Under the pieces are notes generated by a model, which ran no database searches, had not been told where the DNA came from, and saw only the letters and a list, made by a program, of their open reading frames with translations. Of a DNA stretch of 64,000 nucleotides, positions 35,396 to 47,034 are shown piece by piece (position 1 is the stretch's first letter; the number at the start of each line of letters is the position of its first letter). Source of the DNA: Macrostomum lignano (taxonomy: Eukaryota). A program made the position numbers and the translations under genes. The stretch is taken from NCBI GenBank assembly GCA_002269645.1, contig NIVC01000272.1, positions 372,001-436,000 on the forward strand, given 5' to 3'.

Positions 35396-36055
35396 TTAAA
35401 AGTTTAAATATGTTCGTATGCAGGTGAGAGTCCTAGCTTGTTTTTTTCTAATCGAAATGTTCGTCAAAAATATGTGGAATATTCTCTGTACTCTGGCTGT
35501 CAACACCGCCACGGGCCACATGAGGTGTTGAATTGTGGTTAGCTGCGTGTCTTCTGTTGCCTCGAGGAGGTGGTAGTACACCTCCTCCTCCGGGATCAGC
35601 AAACTGTCGGCCATGGTGTAGTATCGTCCAACGGCCAGAAGATGTTGACGCGCACCGTGCAGGCTAGTTGGTATTGGCCAAGCCTGCACATTGGCAGCAA
35701 TCTCATGTGCTGGTAAGGCTTCTAGGTTGTTGAGACCGAGTTCATTGTGTCTTGGCGTTTGTTGTACTAGATGAGCTGCGGCCGGTTCTATCGGCCCGAA
35801 GCAGGTGGGGCAATAGCTAATGCCCCGTCGTGCTAGCCACTGGAGGCATGTGAAACAGCTCCAGTGTTTGGAGCTACATGGTTTCACGTTGGGATCTTCC
35901 CCACAAAGTCTGCAGCTAATGATCGGATCACGGCATAATGGACCGTTGTGAATGAAGCCCATATCGAAACAGGTGAAACATATTCTATGACCGTACTGGC
36001 AGAGGGGTCGTTGCTGGGATTTCTCTTCCAAGCAAACGGGGCACATATCTTCCAT
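35396..36055 (-). CDS. tandem RING-RING protein, paralog A (cassette 2), open
   Basis: CPVCLEE...CQYGHRICFTC, CRLC...CSSKHWSCFTC...CPTC, VQAWP, EEEVYYHLL; one RING1 Cys reads G (NGPLC). Confidence 0.85.
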   Translation of the reverse strand: MEDMCPVCLEEKSQQRPLCQYGHRICFTCFDMGFIHNGPLCRDPIISCRLCGEDPNVKPCSSKHWSCFTCLQWLARRGISYCPTCFGPIEPAAAHLVQQTPRHNELGLNNLEALPAHEIAANVQAWPIPTSLHGARQHLLAVGRYYTMADSLLIPEEEVYYHLLEATEDTQLTTIQHLMWPVAVLTARVQRIFHIFLTNISIRKKQARTLTCIRTYLNF

Positions 36056-36399
36056 CTCGGAGGGTATAGTCTTGTGTTAAATTTTTACAAAGGGCGTTTG
36101 GCAAGGCATGGATGGTTGTTAATGAGTATATATATGTAGGTACGCATGGCGGCTATCATTGGTTTGTTGTTGCAACCATTAAATTTTAATTGGTGAAAAG
36201 TAGCGCATATTTTCTAGGCCGGCATGCATTGGTTTCAAGTTTCACTCTGAAATACGGTGGCCTGGACATGGATTAAAAGTATTTTCCTATGATACCATGT
36301 TATATCTATTGGTACGAGTATATTTGAGTCAGGCATGGGTGTAAGAATTCCGATATAGTAGAACAACGTTGCACTATCTTACTGTAGCTCGTATCTGTT

Positions 36400-37657
36400 A
36401 GTCTCAGAATAGTTATGTGTATCAGAATGTATCGCATGTTAGTTCCGTGTCTTTTGTGTTAGACATGCCATCGGCCATATTAGATGCTGCAGTGGCACAT
36501 ATTCTGTACATTCCGTCGCATAGAGGAGTGAAATATTATTTTAAATTATTTTAAAATATATGTTATTGTTCTTCTTCTGGTCTCTCACTTCTATGTCTCT
36601 TGTTCTACTTCAAATATCAATGTGAGAGCCAAATAACTGAGGCGGTGGATTCAACTGACTTTTCCTGATGATGCAAACACTTGATGTTAACTTACAGACC
36701 GTTGTATTTGATGGTCACAATCTCGAGATGTTATCTTACAAAATATAATGTCTAAGATGGAATTCCAAATAAGAAGCTCGTTTTGTTCGAGTTCCAAGGG
36801 GTTTCTAAGTGTTCGGGTGAACCGAAGGTTCCGTCTATTGTGGAACGTGGGTTGGTTGTTGTTTTAGTTTTAGTGAGTCAATTTATCAGTTTTAGTGTTT
36901 GGGTTGAGACCCTAGCTGTGTTAATCAAAAGTAGTTAGAATAGCGAGAAGGGAGAACAGAGGCGAAAGAGAGGCGAGGCCAGGGAGGGGCGAGCTTCTTG
37001 CTTGGTTAACATGAGCTTTTTATAGTACTTTGTCTTAATTGCATTGGATGGTACATAACTGCTTTTCATTGGTTGAGGTTGGAGTCGTGTCCTCAGCTTT
37101 TGCTATTTGGAGCGCATTCATTGGTTAAAATACATTCAATCTGGATGGGAACTTTCTAGAGCCAAAATGTGTCACTTCAGGAGGTCGAGGTAGATCTCCT
37201 CGGTTGTAATTTTGGCTGGGTACACGACATATTGTCGCATCAGGTCGAAGATATTTCCGGTGTTGCCGTCGATGAAATGGAATGGGCCAGGCTTTTATTG
37301 CTAATGCTAATTGTCTGGCCGACATTGCGTCCATAGCTTCTTTTGTCCGCAGTAGTGGTGTTAGATCTGCCGGAGTTTGGTCCCAGAATTCCGCTGTTAT
37401 GGGTGTTGTGCAGTGAGGCAGTAAGGACTGTTTGTGCTTCGGATGTTCGTTGCACATTCGTGGCACACCCAATGTGGATAATGGCAAAGTTTTATTTGCG
37501 GTGTTGTACTGCAGACTTGACAGTGGGCGGGGGGTGCTCGGCACAAAGGACATATATCTATTGCATCCGTCGTGCAGCAGTTGTACCAGAACTGATGGCC
37601 GTTTTCGCAGTACACGAAGGGCTCAATGTCCTCTACGCAGCAGACGATGCATTCCAT
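36400..37657 (-). pseudogene. RING paralog B (cassette 2), broken, with a ~0.6 kb unrelated insert
   Basis: MECIVCCVEDIEPFVYCENGHQF at 37657; C-terminal remnant at ~36400-36530. Confidence 0.75.
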
Positions 37658-37679
37658 ATCTGCAATTTTAAGAGCGATC

Positions 37680-38012
37680 TAATTAGTCTACTTCCTCGTA
37701 CATATCGATTTTGGTTTAGTGCGACTGTCGGGGGAAGAAGTGTGCCGAGGCAGCTGGGGCAGTAAGTTATGCCGCCTGTACCTAGCCTTTGCAGGCAGGT
37801 GAAGCAGCACCAGTGACGGGACTGGCACAGCCTCACCTGGGGATTGTCCCCGCAAAGGCTACAAGCTATTAGCGGGTCGCGGCATAGGGGGCACGTAGCT
37901 ATTATTCCTGAGTCGACACACCTGAAGCAGGTTTTGTGCCCGTATTGGCACATTACCTGCTGTAAGGTGGCCGCCTCCAACACACAGGGCACTCTTCTTC
38001 TGTGTTTGCCAT
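37680..38012 (-). pseudogene. RING paralog A 5' half (cassette 3) fused by deletion to the last codons of a paralog C
   Basis: ATG 38012 (MANTEEECPV); QQVMCQYGHKTCFRC...CPSC; then the sequence matches the ...YDEVD* end of paralog C. Confidence 0.75.
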
Positions 38013-38544
38013 TGTGAATGAAGATTTAGTAGGACCGTTCGCTAAATTGTTATTTTAATATAAGTGCGCCTGCACTTGCTCCCCTCTCTGTCTAACCATC
38101 CACCTTATTGATCAGCGCCTCGGCCCCCCATGTACGCCAACCCCCTTCGTCCATCGCTTATCTTTTTCGATAAATGTACGTTCAACCCCCCTCTTCTGTG
38201 GTTCTGTTATCTACGCGAATCAATAAACTCGGCTAATAAGTTATTTAGGCTCGCGTGCGGGCTCTCTAGCTCCAGAACGCTCTCTCGTTAACTACAAACT
38301 TCTATTTAGCGTTCTCTACTTTATTTGCATGAAAAGTCACAACAGGACCTGCGCTGTGTATGTTGGCGAGACGTGGCCTATATATGTTATCGTAGACTAA
38401 TTGTAGTTTGCTCGGGAGTGTCGATGGTTATTGTTTGTGATAGGTGCGTAGAAACAATGTTTTTTGTGTGGCCATAATTGGTTGAAGGTAGGTGTTTACT
38501 ATTTATCATTATCTGAGTGATAGTAAATTGAGCTATGTTATTGT

Positions 38545-39147
38545 TTAATAACAAGAGGCAAAGTGGTCATTGAGCGTTGTGATGAAGTAATTATTGATGC
38601 TTGCCGTTAGTAGTGCGATGGGCCGAACTAGGTGTTGAACCGTTGCGTACTCCTGAGCGTTGGTCTCGTGCAGTAGGCTTAGGTAGATCTCCTCCGCAGG
38701 AATGGCATTTGTCATCATGGCGTAATGTCGGGCCCGTTGGAACAAAAAGGTTAGCTGTGGTTATCGGTCGTAGGGAATAGGCCACTCTCGGATGATGTGG
38801 GCAAGGTCAGTTGTCGTCATGTTGTTCAAGCTGTCTGTCGTTAGTGTGACTTTGTGTTCATTGTTGTCCGGAGTGTCGACCAGAATCGGTTGAGCGTAGG
38901 TGACACACTTTGTGATTTTGTGTCGCTGTGTTGACATTACGCAATCGTGGCAGACCCAGTGCTTGTTTTCACAGAGTTGTAGTTGTGGGACGGTGTTGTA
39001 CACTTGGCAGTGCGTTGGTGGTGCTCGGCACAAGGGATACTTGTCGATCATTTCTGTAGTGCAGCAGAGGAAGCACAGCCTGTGTCCGTTCTGGCAGTAG
39101 ACAAATGGTGTGATTTCTTCCTCGTAGCACACGTGACATGATTCCAT
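38545..39147 (-). pseudogene. RING paralog B (cassette 3), premature stop
   Basis: MESCHVCYEEEITPFVYCQNGHRLCFLC...IIREWPIPYDR* then FQRARHY...EEIYLSLL. Confidence 0.85.
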
Positions 39148-39179
39148 CTGGGGGATAAGGAAGGTACTGGTATACTTTA

Positions 39180-39737
39180 TTAATCTACTTCGTCGTACGT
39201 ATCGCCTTGCCAGGCTGTTAACTCACTGTACGTTACTAACATGGTTAAATCAGCATTTCGTTTAATAAGTATCGATAATATAGCGCAATGAAATGGGAGG
39301 CATGGTAATTCGCATGTTGATAAGTATCTTAAAAGACGTTGCTGAATACGTTGTAACGGGAAGAGTATTAGTTGGTGTCTATTATGATGTGCGTACATAA
39401 CGAGGTGCACATATGCCGAGCGAGAGTTTCTAGGAAATAGACAATCGTCTAGTCGACAAATAACGTCTATTGGAGCGAGTTAGTACGCAATGGTTTCAGC
39501 CAATTGAACCGTTTGTACCAGTTTTATACGTAGGAGTTGATCGCGCATTTGTACTAAGGAAAAAGGCATCGCATTCAGGGCACATAAGCAGTTTTCGAGC
39601 GGCTAGTTTCTTGGTACACTGCATGCATAGAAAATGTTCATTTTTACAGAACTTTTGGGTGCGCCATGATGTACAAATCATACATTGTCATAGGGCGCCA
39701 CGACATATGGGGCAGGCTTGCCAAAGTTGGATATGGT
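39180..39737 (-). pseudogene. RING paralog C (cassette 3), 5'-truncated by the neighbouring LTR
   Basis: Similar to 42624-43170; sequence switches to LTR at ...GGATATGGT|TGAAGAG. Confidence 0.85.
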
Positions 39738-40862
39738 TGAAGAGTTGATTCGGGAGGTGATCAGTCACCCGTAAACTCCCACTTCCAGACACTTAAGCCT
39801 GGGAACAAATTTAACGTGTGCACTTACTGTGGCGGGTTCTTCTTCTGTGTCGGGCAGGTTCTCCGAGCTTGTTCCTTGTTTCTTCTTTAATGCGCGCGTT
39901 TGTAGAGTTCGCTTCTTCCAATCTTCTTCTCCGGAGGAATCTTCTTGAAGTCTTCGAAGTCCAAAGTCGGCCGAGAGTGAGAGCAGAACAGTGAAGTCGA
40001 CGTCGAAATATCTCCTTGAGTGCGGGATTCAGTACGTTTCTCGAGTGCCAAATCAGTATCAACAGAGCGCCCTAATAAACTCGAATTCTAACGCGAGGTC
40101 CTCCAAAAGGGGCGTCATCTTTTAGATCTAACGGAATCGGAGTCGTGTGCTCCTATCTGTTAATCTAGGATAATCCAAATCAACAGTCAGTAATCCTCTA
40201 AGGGTATCGGAATCGGTCCGCAGATCCTATCCAATCCCTTAGGAAAATGGGAGGCCTCAAATAGTCTCAGTAAAGTCAACGGATCAGCAACGGCCGGCCG
40301 GCAATAAAATCGCTCTCAATTAATCAAAATAACGAAGACTTGAACAACACTTCACAATTGATACGCTTCTCTCCCAGAGATATAGCCTCGATTAGTTGCT
40401 CTAACTAACCACAAGATCTTTTGAGGCTGCTCCGAGTCTGAGGTTTCAGCTCGGATTTTACGTTTGTATTTATAGTCGAATTTTTTGTATATACTTAGTA
40501 GCGCGACTCATATTTCATCATATTTCATCAGATTTAATCTTATTTTATCATATTTCACCATAGTTGCAACATATTTCACCATAGTTGCAACATATTTCAC
40601 CATAGTTGCAACATATTTCACCATAGTTGCAACATATTTCACCATAGTTGCAACATATTTCACCATAGTTGCAACATATTTCACCATAGTTGCAACATAT
40701 TTCACCATAGTTGCAACTTGTCTCATGCTTCGTCGTACGTTGTATTCACGGTCTTAAAATAGAGTATGACAATTTTGCAATTTTTATAACATTCAAGTTT
40801 TTCGCTTTTTTATGTTACTACTTACAGTAGTTTACTTTGTATCGTATTTGGAGATCTCTACA
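39738..40862 (-). mobile_element. 3' LTR of the main RING-Gypsy element
   Basis: TGTAGAG...ACTCTTCA (TG...CA) directly after PPT 40863-40875; homologous to 6645-7620. Confidence 0.8.
40549..40717. repeat. 21-bp tandem repeat x8 inside the LTR U3
   Basis: CATATTTCACCATAGTTGCAA repeated; absent from the LTR at 6645-7620. Confidence 0.95.
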
Positions 40863-41161
40863 ATATCTCCTTTTTACGAAAAATTCGTCTCGAATTTGTT
40901 TTATAAGCTGAAGGGTTGAACTGGTGAATATTGTTTTATTTACATGGTTATTATAATAATTTTAAGCTGAGTATGTGAACAAGGAAGCAATTACATGCCA
41001 GATGCTAAGTAAGTTGGTGAAGACATAGTCATTGTCACTTATTGGGGAGAGTCAAAATATGAGTATACAAGATACATATGAGGGAGCAACACATACAAGC
41101 AAAACAGTTACGTAAGTAAATCAGTTAAAATAAGCAAGAGTACATGACAGTGTCACAATGT

Positions 41162-41768
41162 TTATTGAAAAATGTCCGTCGAAGTGCGCCGGATGTATCG
41201 TTGCGTTCGTGTCACCAAGATGGCGACTGGCCAGAACAGATGTTGTAGTGGGATGTAGTGGGAGCTATTCATCGTATTGGTTAGTTGGTTGTAGATGTCC
41301 TCCGCCGATCTAGGCGGTTCCGTAACCGCTTGTTGCCGGCCGAAAGCTAGCAGTCGCTGGCGTGCGTCGTGCAACTCGACCGGCAGCGGCCACTCTCAGA
41401 TATTGTCGGCGATTTCTCGTTCGGTGAATTGTTCCAGGTTATGCAGGCCCACCTCTGGCCAGATTTCGGTATTTTGGTTTAATTCTACTGTCGGGGGAAG
41501 GAGAGTGTCAAGGCAATTAGGGCAATAGGTGATACCACGTGCACCCAGCCTTTGCAGGCAGGTGAAGCAGCACCAGTGACGAGACTGGCACAGCTTCACC
41601 TGCGGATTGTCCCCGCAAAGGCTACACGCTATTAGGGGGGTCGCGACATAGTGGGCAAGTGGCTATCATGCCGGAGTCGACGCACCTGAAGCAGGTTTTG
41701 TGCCCGTATTGGCACATCACCTGCTGGTAGGTGGCCTCCAGGCAGACGGGGCATTCTACTTCAGGCAT
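41162..41768 (-). pseudogene. RING paralog A (cassette 4), frameshift/stop
   Basis: MPEVECPVCLEAT...CQYGHKTCFRC...CPLC; CQSRHWCCFTC...CPNC; helical tail. Confidence 0.85.
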
Positions 41769-41988
41769 TGTAAGGCAAGATATGGTAGCGTGGTAGGGTA
41801 GTTTCGTAGGGCGTGTGCTATGTATGTAGGCGAGTAGTGGCATATATATATATACTATATATGTAGACTAATTGTAGTGGACTCGGGTGTTTCGATGGTT
41901 ATTGTTTGTGATTGGTGCGTAGAAACAATGCTGTTTTCTATGTGGCCATAATTGGTGGAAGGTAGAGTCAATTGAGCTATGTGAATGT

Positions 41989-42590
41989 TTAGTAGCAAGA
42001 AGCAAAGTGGTCGTTGAGCGTTGTGATGAAGTAATTGTTGATACTTGCCGTTAGTAATGCTATGGGCCAAATGAGGTGTTGAACGGCTGTGTACTCCTGA
42101 GTGTTGGTCTCGTGAAGTAGGTTGAGGTAGATTTCCTCTGCAGGAAGGGCGTTTGTCGTCATGGCGTAATGTCGGGCCCGTTGAAACAAGAAGGTTAGCT
42201 GTGGCTGCCGGTTGTAGGGTATAGGCCACTCTCTGATGATCTGGGCAAGATCAGTTGTCCTTAAGTTGTTTAAGGTATCCGTCGTTAGCGTGATTATGTG
42301 GTCATTGTTGCCCGGGTGTCGATTAAGATTGGTTGAGCGCAGGTGACACACCTTGTAATGTTGTGTCACTGTATTGACATTACGCAGTCGTGGCATACTC
42401 AGTGCTTGTTTTCACAGAGTTGCCTTTGTGGGACTTCGTTGCACACTTGGCAGTTGGTAGGTGGTGCTCGGCACAGGGGGCACTTGTCCATCAGTTCTGT
42501 AGTGCAGCAGAGGAAACACAGCTTGTGTCCGTTCTGGCAGTAGACAAATGGTGTGATTTCTTCATCGTAGCACACGGGACATGTTTCCAT
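41989..42590 (-). pseudogene. RING paralog B (cassette 4), premature stop at ~42399
   Basis: METCPVCYDEEITPFVYCQNGHKLCFLC...CENKH*...IIREWP...EEIYLNLL. Confidence 0.85.
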
Positions 42591-42623
42591 CTGGGGAATA
42601 AGGGGAGGTACTGGTATACTTTA

Positions 42624-43292
42624 TTAATCGACTTTGTCGTACGTATCGCCTTGCCAGGCTATTAGCTCGCTATACTTTAATAACATCGTAAAATCGGCAT
42701 GCTTCTTAATAAGTAGGGGTATTATAGCACAGTGGAATGGAAGACTTGGCTGTTCGCATATTGATAGATACTGTAACAAACGTTGTTGAATTCGTTGTAA
42801 CGGGAAGAGTATTAGTCGGTGTCTATTATGATGTGCGTACATAACGAGGTGCACATATGCGGAGCGAGAGTTTCTAGGAAGGGGCCACTTGTCTAGTCGG
42901 CGAATAACGTCTATTGGAGCGAGTTGATGCACTATGGATGCAGATAACTGAACCGTTTGTACCGGTTGTATACGTAAAAGTTGGTCGCGCATTTTTACCA
43001 GAGGAAAAGCATCACATTCAGGGCACAGAAGCACTGATCGCTTAGCTAATTTCTTGATGCAACGCATGCATAGAAAATGTTCATTGGTACAGAACTTGTA
43101 GGTGCGCCATGATGTACAAATCATGCATTGGCGTAGAGCGCTTCGACACATGGGGCAATTTCGCCAGGGCTGGATATAATGAGCGTCACTGAGGCAAGTG
43201 CCGCATGTGCGGTGATTATTTACACATATACATGGCGGTTTCTTCGGAAGGTTGTCGTCTAGACAGACAGGGCATTCGAATTTTTTAGCCAT
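42624..43292 (-). CDS. tandem RING-RING protein, paralog C (cassette 4), intact 222 aa
   Basis: CPVC-x12-CVNNHRTCGTC-x12-CPMC then CMIC-x8-CTNEHFLCMRC-x11-CPEC, followed by LDKWP helical domain; starts ~106 bp after the pol stop. Confidence 0.9.
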   Translation of the reverse strand: MAKKFECPVCLDDNLPKKPPCICVNNHRTCGTCLSDAHYIQPWRNCPMCRSALRQCMICTSWRTYKFCTNEHFLCMRCIKKLAKRSVLLCPECDAFPLVKMRDQLLRIQPVQTVQLSASIVHQLAPIDVIRRLDKWPLPRNSRSAYVHLVMYAHHNRHRLILFPLQRIQQRLLQYLSICEQPSLPFHCAIIPLLIKKHADFTMLLKYSELIAWQGDTYDKVD

Positions 43293-43397
43293 TATTGTGT
43301 TTCAGTTGCTATAGATTTCTGTTGAGTCGCCTCTTACGACAAGCACAGTGAAGCTGTGGACTTATTCTTTCCCGAGTTCCACACGGGTGTTAGTAAT

Positions 43398-43712
43398 CTA
43401 GCGGGGTCTAAGGTTATAGGGGTGGTTAGTTATGGGAGTGTCCGTAGTTTGTGTTTCAGCGTGAGAAGTAGCAATATGTTTAGACGGTCTTTTTGTGTGA
43501 TTTTCATTGTTTAAATTTGGCAGAAATGTAGAGTCTGTGTTGATGCGTTTCAGTCGATGAATGTGCACGTAGAACTGCGGCTGATGTCGATCTTGGACAT
43601 TGGCCAGTTTGGCTGTGGTTGCCGAAGTCAGTGCTGATACACGAAATGGTCCTTTGTACTTTTGTGCGTGTTTGTGCGTCTGTTGTGCTGGATAGTGCAA
43701 ATAGACCATATC
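43398..43712 (-). pseudogene. pol: duplicated 3' end of Gypsy integrase
   Basis: Identical translation to the end of 51522-53768 (..HPYNLRPR*). Confidence 0.9.
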
Positions 43713-43721
43713 GGATCACAA

Positions 43722-45079
43722 AACTCGGGTCACAAAGGGGGAGCTCCCCCGTGGGGGCACAGGAGGGCGACCCGACGGCAGACATTGAGTCCTGTGCCCC
43801 CACCTCGCACGCTAGTTTTTTGAAAATTGGCCCGGGTCCCCATCAGCGTGGGCTCGGGCTTCAGAGTGCGGCTGTGAGCACCTGCGGCACTGATGGGCGA
43901 AGCGGCAGTGAGTTCTGTTGCAGCCGCTAAGACTGTTGAAGTCGAAACAGACAGGTGGCTGCGTTCGCTTTTTAGGCGCTGTTGCGTTTATCATTTTTGT
44001 TGGTGCCATCAAGTGTGTTGCCACCAGACCCAGGTCTGCGCTAACAGCGCTCCACCGCGTTCCATCATGCTGGAGAAGCCGACATTCGTCATCATATCTC
44101 ATGACTTTAGTGCGATCGAAGCCTAAATCTAGCAGGTCACCAATTCTAGCGTTATGTCGGAGATGATCGATCAACTCGGATGAATCGATTCTGCCATCAA
44201 CAATGCGCAGCAGTTTGCCATCACGCAGCATTTGCACCAGTAAGTTACAGCTACCGGAGATGAAATCGCCAAACGACAGTGACTCGGGACTGACGTGTCT
44301 CAACCTCTCTGGCTTTGCCGCTCCCACAACAGACTGGCTTCCTTGTCTCCGCTTACGCTCACTGATAAAATCAACGACTCTGTACACCGCCGGCGCCTGA
44401 GCATGCGAAGTTGCAGCCCCAGCCTGCCCGAGTATACACTCGCCAACCAAATCATGCCACTCACCGGGAGTCTGATCACGTTCTCTCGCAGCCGCCGTGC
44501 CACTGTGACGCGCTTCAGCGAGCTCGGCTTCGAGCTGAGCCTCTCTTTTTTTCAGGTCCAGCAGCCGAATGCGCAGTTCAGTCTCTCGCAGCTGATCCTC
44601 GAGACCGCCTCCCGTCGCCGCCCGACCCTCGGCCGAGGCGCCCACCGCCGGAAGCATCTCGTCCTCAGGTGGAGCCAGACTTAGCTCGGGTGCGCCCGCA
44701 TTCGTCGGTGATGTCTTGTCATCTTGAGCACGACGAGATGAGCTTCTGTCCTGCTCCAACGCCTGCCGCTCAAGCTCCTTGGCAATGCTGAGTTTTAGAG
44801 GACTTGTTAGCTCTTGCTTATTGCCATTAGTAGGCAGGCCGCGCTCACTAAGGGCTTCTCGTAGCGCTTTGTTAGTTGCGGGCAGTACAAGGCTATCTGC
44901 CATGATTCAGCAAAAAAAATTCAACCGCGAGCAACCCCGCGCAGCCACAAAGGTGGCGGCCTAAAAAGGCACGCGCACGCACCAACGCACCCACCACCCC
45001 ACCAGACAGCCAGCACCCAAACAGCCCCCCTGCACTAACAGCGGTTAGCCCTCGCGGGCTCGCGCAAACCGATGCATTA
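43722..45079 (-). mobile_element. partial duplicate of the Ngaro element (A repeat, gag, first codons of RT)
   Basis: Near-identical to 49985-51342 with a few substitutions. Confidence 0.9.
43812..44903 (-). CDS. gag: Ngaro/DIRS gag-like ORF1, copy 2
   Basis: 363 aa, one residue different from 50076-51167. Confidence 0.8.
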   Translation of the reverse strand: MADSLVLPATNKALREALSERGLPTNGNKQELTSPLKLSIAKELERQALEQDRSSSRRAQDDKTSPTNAGAPELSLAPPEDEMLPAVGASAEGRAATGGGLEDQLRETELRIRLLDLKKREAQLEAELAEARHSGTAAARERDQTPGEWHDLVGECILGQAGAATSHAQAPAVYRVVDFISERKRRQGSQSVVGAAKPERLRHVSPESLSFGDFISGSCNLLVQMLRDGKLLRIVDGRIDSSELIDHLRHNARIGDLLDLGFDRTKVMRYDDECRLLQHDGTRWSAVSADLGLVATHLMAPTKMINATAPKKRTQPPVCFDFNSLSGCNRTHCRFAHQCRRCSQPHSEARAHADGDPGQFSKN

Positions 45080-45258
45080 TTTACACATATACATGGCGGT
45101 TTCTTCGGAAGGTTGTCGTCTAGACAGACAGGGCATTCGAATTTTTTAGCCATTATTGTGTTTCAGTTGCTATAGATTTCTGTTGAGTCGCCTCTTACGA
45201 CAAGCACAGTGAAGCTGTGGACTTATTCTTTCCCGAGTTCCACACGGGTGTTAGTAAT

Positions 45259-47034
45259 CTAGCGGGGTCTAAGGTTATAGGGGTGGTTAGTTATGGGAGT
45301 GTCCGTAGTTTGTGTTTCAGCGTGAGAAGTAGCAATATGTTTAGACGGTCTTTTTGTGTGATTTTCATTGTTTAAATTTGGCAGAAATGTAGAGTCTGTG
45401 TTGATGCGTTTCAGTCGATGAATGTGCACGTAGAACTGCGGCTGATGTCGATCTTGGACATTGGCCAGTTTGGCTGTGGTTGCCGAAGTCAGTGCTGATA
45501 CACGAAATGGTCCTTTGTACTTTTGTGCGTGTTTGTGCGTCTGTTGTGCTGGATAGTGCAAATAGACCATATCTCCGACTTGTAGCGTAGATGCGTTGTT
45601 GGTTGTTTTCGATGTTACCGTCTGGTTGTCAAGATTGTGTTTGGCAATTTGCCAAGCCAGGTGTAGTCTTGTTGCGAAGGTCTGGAGTGTCGACGGTGTT
45701 TCCACGTACTGAGATGGTAGTAATTGTTTTGCGAGTAGGCTGGGCGGTTGAAAATCTCGAGCGAACATCAAGAAGAATGGCGTGTTATCCGTTGACCGAT
45801 GTCTCGCGCTGTTGTATGCCATTGTTACCGCTTTCAAGTAGATGATCCAATCTTCTGGTTGCTTGTAGACATAGTGGGTCAGCATTTCGTGTAGATTGCG
45901 GTGAAATCTTTCTACTAAGTTTGCTTTGGGGTTGTAGGTAGACGTATATATTTGTTGTATGTTAAGCAGTTTTGCAGCCTGTTGAAATAGTTGTGAGGTG
46001 AACTGCGTTCCGTTGTCGGTGGTTAGAGTCTTGGGTGTTCCATACATACAGACAATCTCGTTGTAGAACGCCATAGCTACTGTTTCGGCGGTAATGTTCG
46101 GCAGTGGAATTGCTACAGCGAATTTCGAGAAGACGTCGAGAGCGGTGAGGATGTATGTGTAGTTGATCGAGTGTTGTCGTGCGGCAGGTAGTGGTCCCGA
46201 AATGTCGAGGGAGACGGTATCCCATGTTGTTGTTTTCGGTACTGTTTGTAGTTGTGGCTTTTGGCGTCGTCCCGTTTTTGCGGCTGCGCATGAGTGGCAT
46301 TCGTAGCAATATTTGCTGATGTCTTTGGTCATTGTCGGCCAAAAGTAGAATTTTGTCACTCGTTCGATTGTCTTCTTAGCGGAAAGGTGTCCGGCTAATG
46401 GCATGTCGTGCAATTCTTGCAAGATAGCGGCTCGAAACAAATATGGCAGATAGATTCGCGGAATATTGTCACAGATCCAATAAAGGATTGATTCTTTGAA
46501 GATTAGGTTGTCGCTCTGTTTTTTAAGGAATTTTCTTTCTTGTTTTGTTAATTTGGCGTGCTTGGCGTCGTCGTTGTTTTGTGCGGCTTTGTAGAAGTTG
46601 TCGTCTTGCTGTGCCGTAATCAGTTCTTGCATTTTCGGAATCGGATGGATAGCGTTGACTTCGTAAGCTCTGGAGAGTGCGTCTGCTGCTTTGTTGAGTG
46701 GTCCCGGTTTGTAGGCTAGTTGGAAGTTGTAATCCTGAATTTTGAGTGTCATTCGGATGAGGCGGTTGTTAGTCTGTCCTTTCGTCATGACAATGTGTGT
46801 CAGCGGTGCATGGTCGGTTCTGAAAATTGTCGGTAATGGAGAACCGTAGATGTAGTAGTGAAACTGTCGTAGTGCGAACAGGATTCCAAGTAATTCTCTT
46901 TCTGTGGCGGACCATTTGGTTTCGTTTAGTCGTAGAGCTCGACTGATGTAGACGATGGGTTTTTCGACTTGTCTTTCCGTTTCTTGCAGTAGAACTGCGC
47001 CTAGTCCACTTCCTGAGGCGTCGGTTTCAATGAT
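45259..47034 (-). pseudogene. pol: duplicated Gypsy RNaseH-integrase segment, followed by a RING-C 5' stub (45080-45153)
   Basis: IETDASGSG, TDHAPL, NKAADALSR, HHCC finger, DDE motifs; near-identical to 51522-53297. Confidence 0.92.

Noticed and set aside
40485-40757. YFTIVAT repeat ORF
   Set aside because: Translation of the 21-bp repeat inside an LTR.
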